From the NCBI GenBank assembly GCA_951406725.2, contig OX597815.1, forward strand, positions 43,214,001-43,278,000: a DNA stretch of 64,000 nt, read 5' to 3'. This DNA is from Octopus vulgaris. Taxonomy: Eukaryota. A program made the translations under genes and the position numbers. Positions within the stretch are counted from its first letter, which is position 1. Each line of letters opens with the position of its first letter. Positions 26,003-39,865 of the stretch are shown piece after piece. Under the pieces are notes generated by a model, which saw nothing but the letters and a program-made list of their open reading frames with translations, did not search any database and was not told the origin of the DNA.

Positions 26003-26117
26003 ATACACGCTTGGCAAAATATTTGAAGGATTGCATGATTGCGTAATGTAACCTCATGTAATCTTACCAAATTAACACTTTAGTGTTAAAAATACCATAT
26101 TTGTTTTTGCATTCTCT

Positions 26118-26156
<39 letters not shown>

Positions 26157-26320
26157 ACACATACATACACATACATACACACACACATACATACACATAC
26201 ATACACACACACACACATACATATCACCACATATTTTGTCCATATTTGCGCCTTATCCTTCAGTCCAAATTATCCAAATTCAAGGTCTCTCTTTCTAGTT
26301 CTTTAATAACTATTGTTGAT
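26003..26320 (+). repeat. Direct repeat copy 2
   Basis: Near-identical to 24141-24455. Confidence 0.9.
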
Positions 26321-26589
26321 ATCAATAATAAATCTCTGAACGAAGTAACAATGAGGATATTGAGTCCAACGTCAACCATTGAACTGGCAAAGCTGCGGTG
26401 GTATTCCAGAAAATGTGCGTTTTCTGGTCCTCCAACACCATAGGCTTACATACAAGAATTTAGCTCTTCAATAGAATAGTTCAACCAACAGAACAGTACT
26501 ACCATTTGAGGAGGAAGAGAAACCGACAAAAAATACTTAAACGGACGCATATGACTGCTTCTTACTGATATTGGTTTCGATTTATTTTT

Positions 26590-26760
26590 CGGAGGCGGGG
26601 GTTAGTCGATTACATCAGTGACCAACTAGTACTTATTTTATCGAGCCCGAAAATGATGAAAGGCAAAGTCGACCTCGACGAAATGGGGACTCTGAACGTA
26701 AAGATGGACGAAATGCCGCTCAGCATTTTGCTCGGCGTGCTAACGAGTCTATAAGCTCGT
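26590..26760 (-). mobile_element. SINE family B
   Basis: ttagtcgattacatc..gatgaaaggcaaagtcgacctcg..gtgctaacga. Confidence 0.8.
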
Positions 26761-27359
26761 TGATCTCTGCTTCTTATAAATATTGAACCGGATGTGGGAA
26801 GTTTTAGTTACACAGCATCAGGCCCTTCCTTCATATCAATACACAACTAAAAATAATTTTAGATACTTTTGTAAAATTATACTTGTAGTAATACGATTTA
26901 TTAAAATTTACTTGCCAATGAATCATCTTGGAGTGTACTGAGGCGTTTAGAGAAAAAGGGAAGTAGCTTGAAAATATTTGGGAAATACTGCCTTAGAATT
27001 TACGAAAGAAATATTTAACTGAAGGCAAGATTACAAATTCCGTTAAGACTTAGAAATAATAATTTGAAGTTTTTATTTCTCTATTTTAGCATACGATGTA
27101 CTGAGGAACGGTGCAGGAAAAAACAACAACGTACAAAGGAGAAAAGCTCGTCAGTTTTCTACCAACACGCTCAATAATTAGATGTTTCAATGAATATTAA
27201 ATCAAGCAACAGCTAATATGGATTGAAATGGATTCAATATTTCCAGTGTTTTGCTAAGGAAGAGGAAAAGAATATAAGACCGAGTAAAATTTATTTACAG
27301 CTGAAAATTGTGATGATGAAAATAATAATAACAACAACAACAACAATTACAATATTAAT

Positions 27360-27573
27360 GGGTTCAAAATTTTTTCAAAAGGGCAGCAGTTTTGGGGAAG
27401 GAAATGTGTCGATTACATTGACCCCAGTCTTCAGATGGTACCTATTTTATCGACCCTTAAAGGATAAAAAGTAAAGTCGACCTTGCCGGAATTTGAACTC
27501 AGAGCGTAAAGACGGACGAAATACCGCAAAGTATTTCGCCCATCGTGCTAACGATTTCGTCAGCTCACCACCT
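27360..27573 (-). mobile_element. SINE family B
   Basis: gtcgattacattgaccccagt..ggaatttgaactcaga..cagctcaccacc. Confidence 0.85.
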
Positions 27574-27620
27574 TAATAATAAGAATAATAAGAAAGAATA
27601 ATAAGAAACAAGAAGAAGAA

Positions 27621-27679
<59 letters not shown>

Positions 27680-28323
27680 AAACGAGAACGAAGGAAGAAA
27701 CAGCAACAAGAGGAGAGGCACTAGAACAAAGAAGTCAACCTATGTATATACATATACACACTCATGTCACGCACACATACACTCTCAAATACAGCGATGC
27801 GTGCGCATGTGTACACACAGGCACGCATCTGCGCACGCATGCACGCACGCACACGCACACACACGCGCGCGCACACACAGAAGCATACAAAGGGGGATTA
27901 GTTTTCCGTTCGGTGCGAAGGTAATCGTATGCCCAGGTAAAGACAGCTTTGTTGAAGTGTGTCTGGGCGCGTGCTTAGCAAAACGGCTTCTTCCGTTTAA
28001 GTTGAGGTATTTCGTGTCGATTAACACCTGTGGTAAATGTCACTTGACTTATCTAGGTGAAGTGTTATGGGTGGGGGTAAATGATGATGATGATGATGGT
28101 GACGATGAATAGGAGGAGGATGAAGAAAAAGAGCACCACCACTACCGCCACCACCACTCCTACCATCAACTAATTCTTCTTCTGACCACTGGACACGAGT
28201 GAAAGGTAGTTAAGTGTGTTCATGCATGTAAAGCGTAGATAGATTGCGCTTGTGAAATGTGTTTCAATTCGTCTATGTGCGTATATATTTGTGTACATGT
28301 ATGTATGCATGCATGAACAAAAG

Positions 28324-28380
<57 letters not shown>

Positions 28381-28499
28381 ATATACATGAATATACATGC
28401 GTCCATTACACGTATATATATACATACATAAATACGTACGTACATACATACAAACATGCATACATACATATGTATATATACATATACATATATACATGC

Positions 28500-28577
<78 letters not shown>

Positions 28578-28578
<1 letters not shown>

Positions 28579-28780
28579 CAACTTATAAATAAGGGCTAAA
28601 GAAAATTATTTCTATGCCAATATGCTGATAACAGATAACTGATAGCAGCATATTGGCATAGAAATAATTTTCTTTAGCCCTTATTTATAAGTTGTTTATA
28701 ATTTTAACCTTAAAGGTTAATATGCTGCCACATTTTTTTGATGGAATTTTTTTCTGTGAAAAAACTTCATCTTATATTAG
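28578..28780. mobile_element. Fold-back fragment of the 21900 element family between microsatellites
   Basis: Perfect 50-bp inverted arms 28578-28627 and 28646-28695; sequence related to 21990-22035. Confidence 0.8.
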
Positions 28781-28787
28781 TAGTATA

Positions 28788-28882
<95 letters not shown>

Positions 28883-29145
28883 ATATATATTTGAATAATT
28901 GAATGAATTATCTTATTAAGGATAATTCGAAAGATAACCGATACCTGGGTAGCAAATTCACATCAGAAAGAACACGGTTGAAGCTACGTCCCTAGGGCTT
29001 AGACTACGTGTCTTCGTGCGGAAATTTGTATGTTTATTTATAAATGAAACACTCATTATCGCCATGGGCTCATTGAGAGCGGTCAGCTAAAAGTTTTTTG
29101 TGCATTTTGATGTCGACATAAGTTCCTTGATTTTCCTGATGAGAA

Positions 29146-29193
<48 letters not shown>

Positions 29194-29318
29194 ATGTATA
29201 TATATATACATACAGAGAGAGAGGGAGAGATATTGAGAGATGTATAAAAGTATATTCACACATTCTGATTATATGCAGGTACGTATTTGCTTGCGGATCC
29301 TTGAGTGAATGTGCATGC

Positions 29319-29349
<31 letters not shown>

Positions 29350-29386
29350 TGTGTGTGTTTGAGTCAGTCAGTTAAAAAATAAGATC

Positions 29387-29725
29387 GGGGGGGACCCCCT
29401 TCGGTCACGACACTGACCATGGGATTGCACCTAGAAAGTTACCCTTCTAGTCACAAGTCTGGGCAAGGTCTATGGAAGACCAGCAGTCGCCCATGCATAC
29501 CGGCCTCCCCTCTCCACGCCACCAGTGTTATCCAAGGGAAAGGCAAAGGCCTACACCGCTTGGCACCCGTGACGTTGCAACTCATTTCTACAGCTGAGTG
29601 AACTGGAGCAACGTGAAATAAAGTGTCTTGCTCAAGAACACAACACGCAGCCATGTCCGGGATTTGAGCTCACAACCTCACGATCGTAAGCTCGACGCTC
29701 TAACCACTGAGCCATGCGCCTTCAC
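29387..29725 (-). mobile_element. tRNA-derived SINE, family D (CORE-like central segment)
   Basis: Minus strand gtgaaggcgcatggctcagtggttagagcg..gtgttcttgagcaagacacttt; matches 42325-42600. Confidence 0.85.
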
Positions 29726-30478
29726 TAAAAAAAATAAAATAAAATAATAATAAGAAGATAGACTGAAGGAAATTACTAAGTGTGAGGATGAATGTCCATA
29801 TGTGTCTTTGTGCGTCGTGTAAATGCGCTTATGTGGCCGCATATATACGTGTGCGTGCGTGCGTACGTGTGTGTGTGTGTGTTTGTGTGTGTTTGTGTAC
29901 ATGCATACATACATACACGTGCGCGCACAAACTCACTCACGTATATAACTGCTATATATTTTAGGAGAAACTTTTCATATGCTTGCACACGAAAATATTT
30001 TTAGTCTCTGATTAATTAACTTTTGTATAGCAAGAGTGTAGTATCCAATATAGTCTGCAACTTCTTTTATAAACTGTTCACTCTTATAAGTCAACAATTT
30101 CCCGTCAACAATTATAAACTTTCCAATAAGAACAATGTTAAGGTTAGCCACAGGTGCTTCATATCGCATCTTAAATAGCAAACTACATCAGAAGTCCCAC
30201 AAACAGATATACAAACCCTAGCTACTCGAATGCAATTTCAGAAGCACCTTGCGTAGGTGTTTTTGCACATAACAATGAAATCAGTTCCTGATGGATCCGT
30301 AATGAACCATATTGGTATTACAGAAATTATATTTAAAACCATATAATATAAACTGAGTTTTCTGACTCACTACGTTCTATATGCAGGGTTCTATAATCTA
30401 TTGACAACGCCCATTCCTTGAAGCTAGAATACATATATTCCGGATAACAAAAACTTATCAGCACCACCTGGTACTGAC

Positions 30479-30504
30479 CTCTTTTCCATCAGCTGTCGCA
30501 TCCG
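30479..30504 (-). CDS. Speculative 26-nt microexon (RMRQLMEK-R)
   Basis: ttgtttccctcatttttgacccag|CGGATGCGACAGCTGATGGAAAAGAG|gtcagt. Confidence 0.3.
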
Positions 30505-31165
30505 CTGGGTCAAAAATGAGGGAAACAATATGTTTAATAAAGATTTAACTTGTTATTCTGTAAAATTTATTTTGTAACAGTTCACATTTTACGTAGAAGA
30601 TAATATATATCCATCGTAACTCGTGACACCATTGTCCTCTTTCTTATATCCAAACTCAAACGTTATCTATCCGTCTTATTCTCTCCCCTCATTGCATTTT
30701 CTGATCGCTGCAATCACATTATCTCAACGTACAATGCAGTTTTCCGAAACCTTTGAAATAACAACAGCCTTAGCATCGAACGTGCTATACTTCTAATAAA
30801 TTTAAAACAACTATATAAATGATTAACATACCTCCTCCAAAGTATGATCTCTTTCAAAGCCTTACACCTACAATCATACAACTACTCAAGCGCTTTATAC
30901 AAAATGGTTTTGTTGTTCGGTGAGTACAGCGCACATATTTCAACCACTGAAAGAAGTCATTAGCCGTCAGCAACTGAGAGGTGTTGCTCCACTGTCGCAA
31001 AGCCTAAAGTTATCCCTCAAGAAAACAAGGAATGTCTCCGTGCATTGCTCGCTCAGGAAGCTTTCGTTTCCCCCAAATTGCAAGAGGAATTTTGATACCT
31101 TTCCAAGAAGGCCCTTCTAATAATGGGAGCCTTCTTTTTGGCGTTATTTAAATAACATGCACACT

Positions 31166-31580
31166 CTCTTTACTCTTTTACTATTTTACTTGTTTCAGTC
31201 ATTTGACTGCGGCCATGCTGGAGCACCGCCTTCAGTCGAGCAAATCGACCCCGAGACTTTTTTTTTTTGTAAGCCCAGTACTTATTCTATCGGTCTCTTT
31301 TGCCGAACCGCTAAGTGACGGGGACGTAAACACACCAGCATCGGTTGTCAAGCAATGCTGGGGAGACAAACACAGACACGCAAACACATACATATATATA
31401 TATACATACATATATACGACAGGCTTCTTTCAGTTTCCGTCTACCAAATCCACTCACAAGGCATTGGTCGGCCCGGGACTATAGCAGAAGACACTTGCCC
31501 AAGATGCCACGCAGTGGGACTGAACCCGGAACCATGTGGTTGGTTAGCAAGCTACTTACCACACAGCCACTCCTGCGCCT
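31166..31580 (-). mobile_element. SINE family A, full length and well preserved
   Basis: Head ggcgcaggagtggctgtgtggtaag..ggttcagtcccac through to the (gtaaaaga)n tail. Confidence 0.92.
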
Positions 31581-32147
31581 ATGTAGCTAAAATTACCGCA
31601 TTTGTGTACAGTAAACAAAACCAATGAACTTCAACCTCTTTATCACCTTATGTATATTTTTACCAGGTGTAACTCTTAACCACCGACCTCCTGCTTAACT
31701 AATCTAAAATAATAAAATGAAAGATTTGCAGCAAGATCCAATTCTCACAGATCTTACTACTACATGCTCAATCACCTTTAAATCAACAAATATATGTACA
31801 ACACCCACAAATACAATCCTAGCATAATCCTAAAAATGCTTTAGACAAATATTAAAATTATATACTGAAAAAAGGGCAGTAGTAACAATAATACATGCAA
31901 AGGGATAGTGTTTTCGGACCGAGTTCAAACTGTGCGCTTCCCCTAAGTTCGTAATCTATAATCACTCAGAGAGATATTTGCCAACCAAGAAAATTCAACA
32001 TGTTCTGAACGGTTGCTGAATTATCCGTGGATGTCGATGATGAGTATTCAATTGTTCACTAACTGAATTCCTATTCTTTGCACCTTGAAAGAAATCTTTG
32101 GCTAAATCAGCGTGACACAGTGTTACGAGGCTGATCCTTTGATTTAC

Positions 32148-32215
<68 letters not shown>

Positions 32216-33323
32216 AGGGGGAATCGAATCCATTGTTGAATTGGAACTTTATCTCGATTCCGAAGAGATTTAAAGCAAAATTGACTGTGGCGGGATTTGA
32301 ACACAGAATACAGAATGCCGGAATGAATATCGCAAAGCATTCGATCCAACATTCGAGCTATTCTGCGGATTCGCCGCTTTTTCTAACTTCTACACTGTAT
32401 TCCATACACTTAACCACTGTTTGTTAATCAGAATGTGGAGCACGGTCGGCAACTAGACCTAGAATATGACATATACACATGAATAAACCTGTGGATCACA
32501 ACTAGTTGTTCGATCGACTATTTATGTCAGCTCGATCAAGGCTGATCTAGGGACACTTATATATCCAGCAACAACTTCTTTGATACATGCAGACCATTTG
32601 CCTGTATTGAACTCAATCAACCCGCTACAATACATGCTTCTATAATAATAAAAATTTTGCTTCTTTACATGACTCTATCGCAACCAACAAAAATAAGTGT
32701 CAGACAAGTGAGTCATAGCTTTAAATAAAATCAAACTCTTTGACCCTGTCAACTACCGACTTTGTGACCTAAATTCCAACGTTTCAAAAGTAATGGAGAC
32801 AGTCGCAAAGATTTCTTACTCGATCACCTTGAGTCTCTGACCCTTCATAACAACCACCAGTACGTTTTCATTGGAGCCCAGATATACCGGAAATCTGCTT
32901 CTAAATATCACACACCAATGAATTTCATGACCAATATTCTATTGATTTAGATTTTAATTATTCCTCCTACATTTTCTTCTGTACATTTATGAACTGATTG
33001 TTATCTTATTGAATTGAACCACTCACAGTCTTATGCAAATTGTACAACCTTGCAGTCTTCCATAAACTGTTGCACGTAAGTACCCCTTATATGATTTGCA
33101 CTGTTTCTGCGAACAACGAGTGAAATTGATTAAATCCTCAAATACGAAAATGACAACTTAGCACTTTCAACAGGTGCTTATAAAAGAAGTAATCATGAAA
33201 TACAAGATCCTTCCAACTCATGAACAACGCACAAGTCGCTAATACAATGGCTCACAATTGCTGACGACATTTTGCGAGAAACATCAGCCAAACCGCCCTC
33301 AAATACTACCCTTTCAATTTTAA

Positions 33324-33554
33324 CCCTTTGTTTCTTCCGTGCATCACTCGTGATACATACGACATATTTTCTGGCCTCCACGCATAATATATAATACATT
33401 TTACCACTTTTTTTAATCACCAGAGTAACTTGGGACGTATGAAAGGAAAGTTTTATATTACTAAGAACGTACAAAACAGAGGCTAACTGAAAGCCTGGAA
33501 ACAAGCCTCAACGTTTTGGAGAATATCATGGAAATGCTTTGGACAGGTAAAGGG
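33324..33554. mobile_element. piggyBac-like MITE
   Basis: TTAA|CCCTTT ... AAAGGG|TTAA termini. Confidence 0.5.
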
Positions 33555-34016
33555 TTAAAAAAAAGCTTATACGCAAATACTCGACCAGCTAGAAATAGCA
33601 GCTAAATCCTTAACAAACTATATAACATTGCCTTCTCTTCAATTAGAGAAGACACATTGGGTAATATAACCAATGTAACTTAATGAAAGGTGGCTGAAAT
33701 GATTTTCACTATGGGCTTTTTTGTAGTGTGAGTGATCCAGAACTAAAAAGTAGCAAAATAAAAACAAACAAACACACAAAAATGAATAAATGACATGAAC
33801 AAAAACAAAACAAGTAATTCAAAAACAAAAGCATTTGATGAGTCATAGAAAGAACAAAAACTAGTAATGACAGTGCTCAGACAAAACTAGCAAAAGACCT
33901 ACAAAGATTGACAAGTATTCAACCGGTGACTGCCGTTCGCTGACGAGACTCTCGAGTAATTAGACTGTGAAATTTCCCTCTACATATTACACCCATTATA
34001 TAATATGTACTATAAT

Positions 34017-34080
<64 letters not shown>

Positions 34081-34399
34081 TACACATACACGCACGCGTA
34101 AGCACAAACAAACACGCATAAACACGAACACACATATATGTATATGTATAGACAGGGGAAGAATTATTAAAAAATGGTAATTTTTTACTAGTGGTCAGCA
34201 TGCGTAATTAAAAATCAGAAGACATGAATATTTCTATATAATAGTACGTAAGATTTTATACACAAAGAGAGATTAACTATGTGGATTTCTTACATGCTAG
34301 AAAGGGCAGTCAAGACCCATATCACGAAAAGAAATATTCTTCTTTAAAGGCATGTTATTTGTAGGCGGGCGGGATATTTAAATGAATGAAAAAATCAGT

Positions 34400-35250
34400 T
34401 AAGGTTCGCAAACTTTCATCAGAACTCCAACTGTTTTTCGCACAACTGTTTTTGGACACCTGTAAAAAATAGGAAAAGTCAAGAAAACGGATAGGTTTGT
34501 TCCACATCAACTGAACTAAATTAAAAAAAAAAAAACAGACGCCTCAAAGTGTCCTCCAGGTTGCTTTCCCGACTGGAAAAAGACCATGTTTGCATCAAAT
34601 CATTACTTGTGATGAGAAATGGATACTCTTTGACAGCAGCAGGAAAACAGGACAGTGATTAGATGCGGGAGAGTCACCTAAACACTACCCAAACCCACCA
34701 TTGCATCCTAAAAAGTTAGTGGTCACTCTACGGTGGTCTGCGAAGGGAATTATTCATTATTCATTTTTGCAACAAGGAAAAACGGTAACTGCAATATCGT
34801 ATGGCCAGAAAATTGATTGTATGCATGAGAATTTGAAAAAGAAGCAACGCAGACTAGTGAATAGAGATGACCCAATTTTGCTCCACGACAATGCACGTCC
34901 TCACACTCCTTAAGCTACGGTCCTAAAGTTGCAAAGCCTGACTTATGGGATTTTGCAACATCCTCCCTATTATCTCTCCTACTGATCATCACTTATTTAA
35001 GCATGTTGAGCTTTTTATAAGCAATAAATCATTCTTAAATAGTGAAGAGTTAATTGAAGCATTCGGACAGTTTATCACAGCAAAAGATGAATTTATTTTT
35101 AAAGTGGAATATATGGCATAGAAAAACGTTGAGCAAACGTCATAAATGAACATGGATCATACTTTGATTAAATAAAACAGTTCTCTAACACTTCTGAAAC
35201 ATTTTATTGCTACCTTTCAAATACGACATTTCATGTAAAGCAACGTAATA
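34400..35250 (+). mobile_element. mariner (D,D34D) transposon remnant
   Basis: FVPHQL..IITCDEKWI..LHPKK..GIIHY..ILLHDNARPH..HPPY..SPTDHHLF..GSYFD*; probable 3' TIR at about 35221-35250. Confidence 0.9.
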
Positions 35251-35579
35251 TTTATATGCATACATACATATACATCTGCATGTGTATGTATGCATCTATA
35301 TACATACTAACATATATAACTGAATTATATTCACAGGAAAAAGACAAAATGGTTGCAACTAGAATACAATTCATCTTAGGCTCACTCGATCATGGTTCAC
35401 ATGAGTCTAAGCAACAACACCAGTAACAAACACGTACACGAAGGCATATACAACATACACAAATATATCACACTATAACGTAAAATATTCATACAAAGGT
35501 CAGAGGAGAAAAGAAAGAACGCACGGCAGTTCTCGGGACTTTCGTGACTTCTAGTGGTATTGGCTAATTATTTTCAGGC

Positions 35580-35972
35580 TAGAATAAACGATCCAATTGT
35601 TTGCGATAGAGTAGACACTGTTAAGGCATCCCTGTACCGGGTGTCGTCACTACAGCTGGAGAGGGATTAAGCCTTTCTTTTTTGTTGTTTTGGTTTGATC
35701 TGGAGATAACAGCTGTGGTTTAACGGATATGTTAGACTATAGCAGGAAAGAATCACAAATTGGATTCTTCAAACAGCCAATCGGCAGGAGACCTAGAAGT
35801 ATACAGAGAACGAGTTGGTTGGATAATATCCATAGTCTCCGTTCGTCACGCTTGGGAATCAAGCCGGGAAGTGTTAAGACGATTGCTTCCGATAAGAATC
35901 TGCAGAGGAAGTTCCTAAAAACACTATCCCTATGACCTTATCAGGAATAGTTTGCGGAGAAAATGGATGGAT
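35580..35972 (+). mobile_element. RTE/Expander-type LINE 3' fragment
   Basis: GRRPRSIQRTSWLDNI motif; 3' tail gaaaatggatggat. Confidence 0.6.
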
Positions 35973-36154
35973 AAAATGATCTAGGGGAAAGTTGCTGAGC
36001 ACCTTGCCTTTGCAGCCCCTTTAAAATCGCTGAGATAAAGATTTGTCTTCCATAGCTGTTGATTGCTGGCAGTAGAAAAAAAAACATGGGCATGAAGGGG
36101 ATACTTGAAGATTGATATCTTTAGGGCACAAAAAATTAAAAAAAAAAGGTTTCA

Positions 36155-36362
36155 TATTTTTGCACAAGGCCAGCGGATTTGGGGAAGTGGTTAAGTCAAT
36201 TACATCGATTCCAGTTTGCAACTGGTACCTATTTTATCGACACCGAATGGACGAAAAGCAGAGTCGAGCCCAGCGGAATTTGAACTCAGAGTGTAAAGAC
36301 GGAAAAAAAGGTTGCTAAGCATTTTAACCGACGTGCTCACGATTCAGCCAGCTCGCCACCTT
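36155..36362 (-). mobile_element. SINE family B
   Basis: gcacaaggccagc..ttttatcgac..ggaatttgaactcaga..gccagctcgccacc. Confidence 0.8.
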
Positions 36363-36731
36363 ATGTAAATGGTAAATAAAATTCCTAAGGTGGACGCAAG
36401 AGACTCACAGTATCCCTCTGCAAGTCACAGAGGGATTCTGTCCTTTTACATCGCCCGATGACATATTTTGTTTACCAAATAGAATGGTCTGTAGTGTAAG
36501 AGTTGCTTCGAGGTAAGATCAAAAATACTTTCGTTATGACATGTACCGAAGTCGACGCTTTCTATTTATTATATTTATTATATTCATCATATGGACACAA
36601 GCATCGTATACTACAAAATTAATCTTGATGGAAAATACTGCGCTAAGACAAATTATAGAGTACTCAATAGGAGTACATGTGTTCTACTACCATACATAAT
36701 AGTTATGTGTGTGTGTGTGTGTGTGTGTGTA

Positions 36732-36773
<42 letters not shown>

Positions 36774-36857
36774 ACACACACACACATATATATATATTTA
36801 AATATATATATACATATATATATACATATACATATACATATACATACATACATACAT

Positions 36858-36910
<53 letters not shown>

Positions 36911-36913
<3 letters not shown>

Positions 36914-37574
36914 GGGTTGAACAAAATAATGGAAACACCTTAAAATTTCAAACAAACTTATTTAATATGGGGTAGGACCGCCTTTGGCAGTAATTACAGC
37001 TTGAATTCTACGATGTATGGACTCGTACAAAGTTTGAATTGTTTCCAAAAGAATGTTTGTTCATTATTCAGTTAAAACAGTCGCTAGTTCTTGTAGTGAA
37101 CTTGTTTTTCTAAATATTCAATAATAAATATTCAATAATATTGAGAGCTGGGGACTGTGGCAGCCAGATAAAATGTTCAACTGCATTAGAATGTTCCTCG
37201 TGCCATTCAGTAACAACTTTAGCTATGTGAATTGGTACATTATCATCCAGAAAGATTGCGTTTCTCTCTGGAAACAGTTCCGCAACCATAGGATGAATTT
37301 GATGGGATGAAATGCTTAAATAGTCTTGACTATTAATTCTTCCATGAAGGGAAAACATTAGGCCGGCGGATTTCCAAGATATAATCACCCCCTCCCAGAT
37401 CTTCACAGATCCTCTTCCATGTTTAACAGTTGGAAGAAGGCAGTCTGTGTCAAATGCTTTCTTTGGCTGTCTCCACACTATACTGGGTCGGTGGTCGCAA
37501 ATAAGGTGAAGGATGACGCGTCTGAGAATATAACATTCTTCCACTGCTCTAGAGACCAATTCCGTATGTTTTTA

Positions 37575-37575
<1 letters not shown>
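36911..37575 (-). mobile_element. Tc1-family transposon 3' half, same family as 20868
   Basis: TA then TIR caggggttgaacaaaataatggaaacacc; minus strand WKNVIFSDAS, PTVKHG.GSV.IW, FLDDNVPIH.AK, WLPQSPALNIIE. Confidence 0.9.
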
Positions 37576-37606
<31 letters not shown>

Positions 37607-37607
<1 letters not shown>

Positions 37608-37812
37608 TGTTGGCGATTTTCCCCTCTTTCTTCCTTTTCTCTTGGACTTTCCTGTGTCTCCTGTTTCCAAGGGAGATCTATGCTCGAAATGTAAAACAAC
37701 TATTCACCATTCTTTCTTTTCTTCTCTGAGCGTCTCGTTAATACTTTGCTTGTACTACGTCCTCGCGTTGTTTTTTCCTGTTGTCATTTTTTGTTCGTTT
37801 TTTAATTAATTA
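37607..37812 (+). mobile_element. Short TA-embedded element with a degenerate hammerhead-like core
   Basis: gttt-ccaaggg-agatctatgctc-GAAA-tg-TA-aaac; TA flanks on both sides. Confidence 0.45.
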
Positions 37813-37825
37813 AATATATATATAT

Positions 37826-37871
<46 letters not shown>

Positions 37872-37914
37872 AAATGTAACGTCTGCCGATTATCAATAAA
37901 AACAACAATGATAA

Positions 37915-38330
37915 TCCTTTCTACTGGAAGCACAAGGCCTAAAATAATTTGGGGGAAGGGATTAAGTCGATTAGTTCGACCCCAGTGCGTAACTGGTACT
38001 TATTTAATCAGGCTGAAAGGATAAAAAAAGCAAAGCTGACCTAGGCGGAATTTGAACTTAGAACGTAACGACAGACGAAATAGCACTAAACATTTCGCCC
38101 AGTGTGCTAACGATTCTGCCAGTTCGTAGCCTTCACAGCAGCAACACTAATAATAATAATAATTTCAGATTTTGGCACAAGGCCAGCAAGATCGTGGGGA
38201 ATAAATTACATCAACTCCGAAAAGATGAAAGGAAAAGTCAACTTCGGAGGAATTTGAACTCAGAACGTAAAGACAGATGGAATGCCGCTGAGGAATTTGC
38301 TACAGCATGCTAACGATTTTACCAGCTCGT
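37915..38330 (-). mobile_element. Two adjacent SINE family B copies
   Basis: Two gcacaaggcc..ggaatttgaact..gctaacgat..ccag units. Confidence 0.8.
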
Positions 38331-38334
38331 CGCA

Positions 38335-38760
38335 AACATCAACCGGAGAGTGTAATACAGAATGACCAGTATAAGGTCTTACGGTATTTAATGTACAGAC
38401 TAAAAACGAACTTCATTCAAGAACCAGATTTTATTGTTCTGGGCAAGGGGGAAAAATGCATCATCATAGATGCAGCTATATCTGCGAACATGAATGTAGT
38501 GGTCAAAGAACAAGAGAAAATAGGACAATAACAGGATTATGCTCGGGAAATGCGAAGACCATGGAGAGATTCTACAAAAGTAATGCCAGTTATAGCTGCC
38601 CGAGATTGTGTCACCAACAGACTTGGCAGTTTTCTCATGTGATTAGTGTGGCTACGAAAGTTGCATTAATTCAGAAATCTGGTCTATTGGGAAGAACAAG
38701 GATTGTAAGAAAGAACGTCGACATCTAAGGAAGCTGATTGTGACTCCGTATCAAGAACAT
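38335..38760 (+). mobile_element. R4/Dong-like LINE 3' fragment (RLE domain), degenerate
   Basis: HQPESVIQNDQYKVL..EPDFIVL..CIIIDAAI..KEQEKI..IQKSGLLGRTRIVRK. Confidence 0.75.
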
Positions 38761-38813
38761 TGGTTCCGAAAGTAAAACGTTTGTGCACACCATGAAGGAC
38801 GATGATGATGATG

Positions 38814-38844
<31 letters not shown>

Positions 38845-38868
38845 TGTATGTATGTATGTATGTATGTA

Positions 38869-38976
<108 letters not shown>

Positions 38977-39104
38977 TATTAATTCATAATAGAATATGAG
39001 GATAAAAATCACGTTAATGGTTTTTATCAGGTAGTCAGAATGCTATAAAAATTTATAGGCAATTTATACATTAAATTAATAATAATATACATATGTATAT
39101 AATT

Positions 39105-39457
39105 ATATTAAGCGAGTGAAGGCGAAAATGACCTATCTCCAGCATGCTTGAAGTGTAGATACCTTCAAAACACTACCAAAAACTCCAGATAAATATAAAC
39201 ATGGCTGAATGAAAGAATATTAAAAATACCTCACGTTAATAGTGAATTGGTTTCTATTTCTGGATTAAAGGCAAAAATAGGCTTTATTCCTTCGTCAAAA
39301 CAATTCACAATTAACGTGAAGTCTTTTTAATATTCATTCACTAGCCCACTTTCAACCATGTGTATATTTATCTGGAGTTTTTGTTAGTTTTTTTTTAAGG
39401 TATCGGCACTTGAAGCATGCTGGAGATAGGTCGTTTTCGCTTTTGCTCCCTTAATAT
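39105..39457. repeat. Long imperfect inverted repeat (about 150-bp arms)
   Basis: 39105-39251 pairs with 39299-39457 (e.g. gacctatctccagcatgctt / aagcatgctggagataggtc). Confidence 0.85.
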
Positions 39458-39465
39458 ATTTATAT

Positions 39466-39771
39466 GTGGAGGCGCAATGGTTCAGTGGTTAGGGCAGCGG
39501 ACTCGCGGTCGTAGGATCGCGGTTTCGATTCCCAGACTGGGCGTTGTGAGTGTTTATTGAGCGAAAACACCTAAAAGCTCCACGAGGCTCTGGCAGGGGG
39601 TGGTGATCCCTGCTGTACTCTTTCACCACTCTTTCTCCCACTCTTTCTTCTGTTGGCCTGCTCGCTTAGCCAGCGGGGCGGCGTCATTCGAAGGCTAAGA
39701 CAATGCGAACATATTGTGACCAGCGATGTGTAACTACATCTGATGGACTGGTCGGTCACGTGATCACGTGA
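39466..39771 (+). mobile_element. tRNA-derived SINE, family C
   Basis: A box tggttcagtgg, B box gtttcgattcc; 13-bp TSD aatatatttatat (39453-39465 and 39771-39783). Confidence 0.9.
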
Positions 39772-39810
39772 ATATATTTATATACATATGTATATTATTA
39801 TTAATTTGAT

Positions 39811-39865
<55 letters not shown>

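Noticed and set aside
29975-30181. 68-aa non-repetitive ORF
   Set aside because: No recognisable motif or splice context
33935-33985. CTGACGA...GAAA resembling a hammerhead
   Set aside because: Stem II does not close next to GAAA, and stems I and III cannot be formed
20868-36940. Matching Tc1 TIRs as the ends of one 16-kb composite transposon
   Set aside because: Both TIRs have the same orientation on the plus strand (left end of a plus copy, right end of a minus copy), so they are separate insertions
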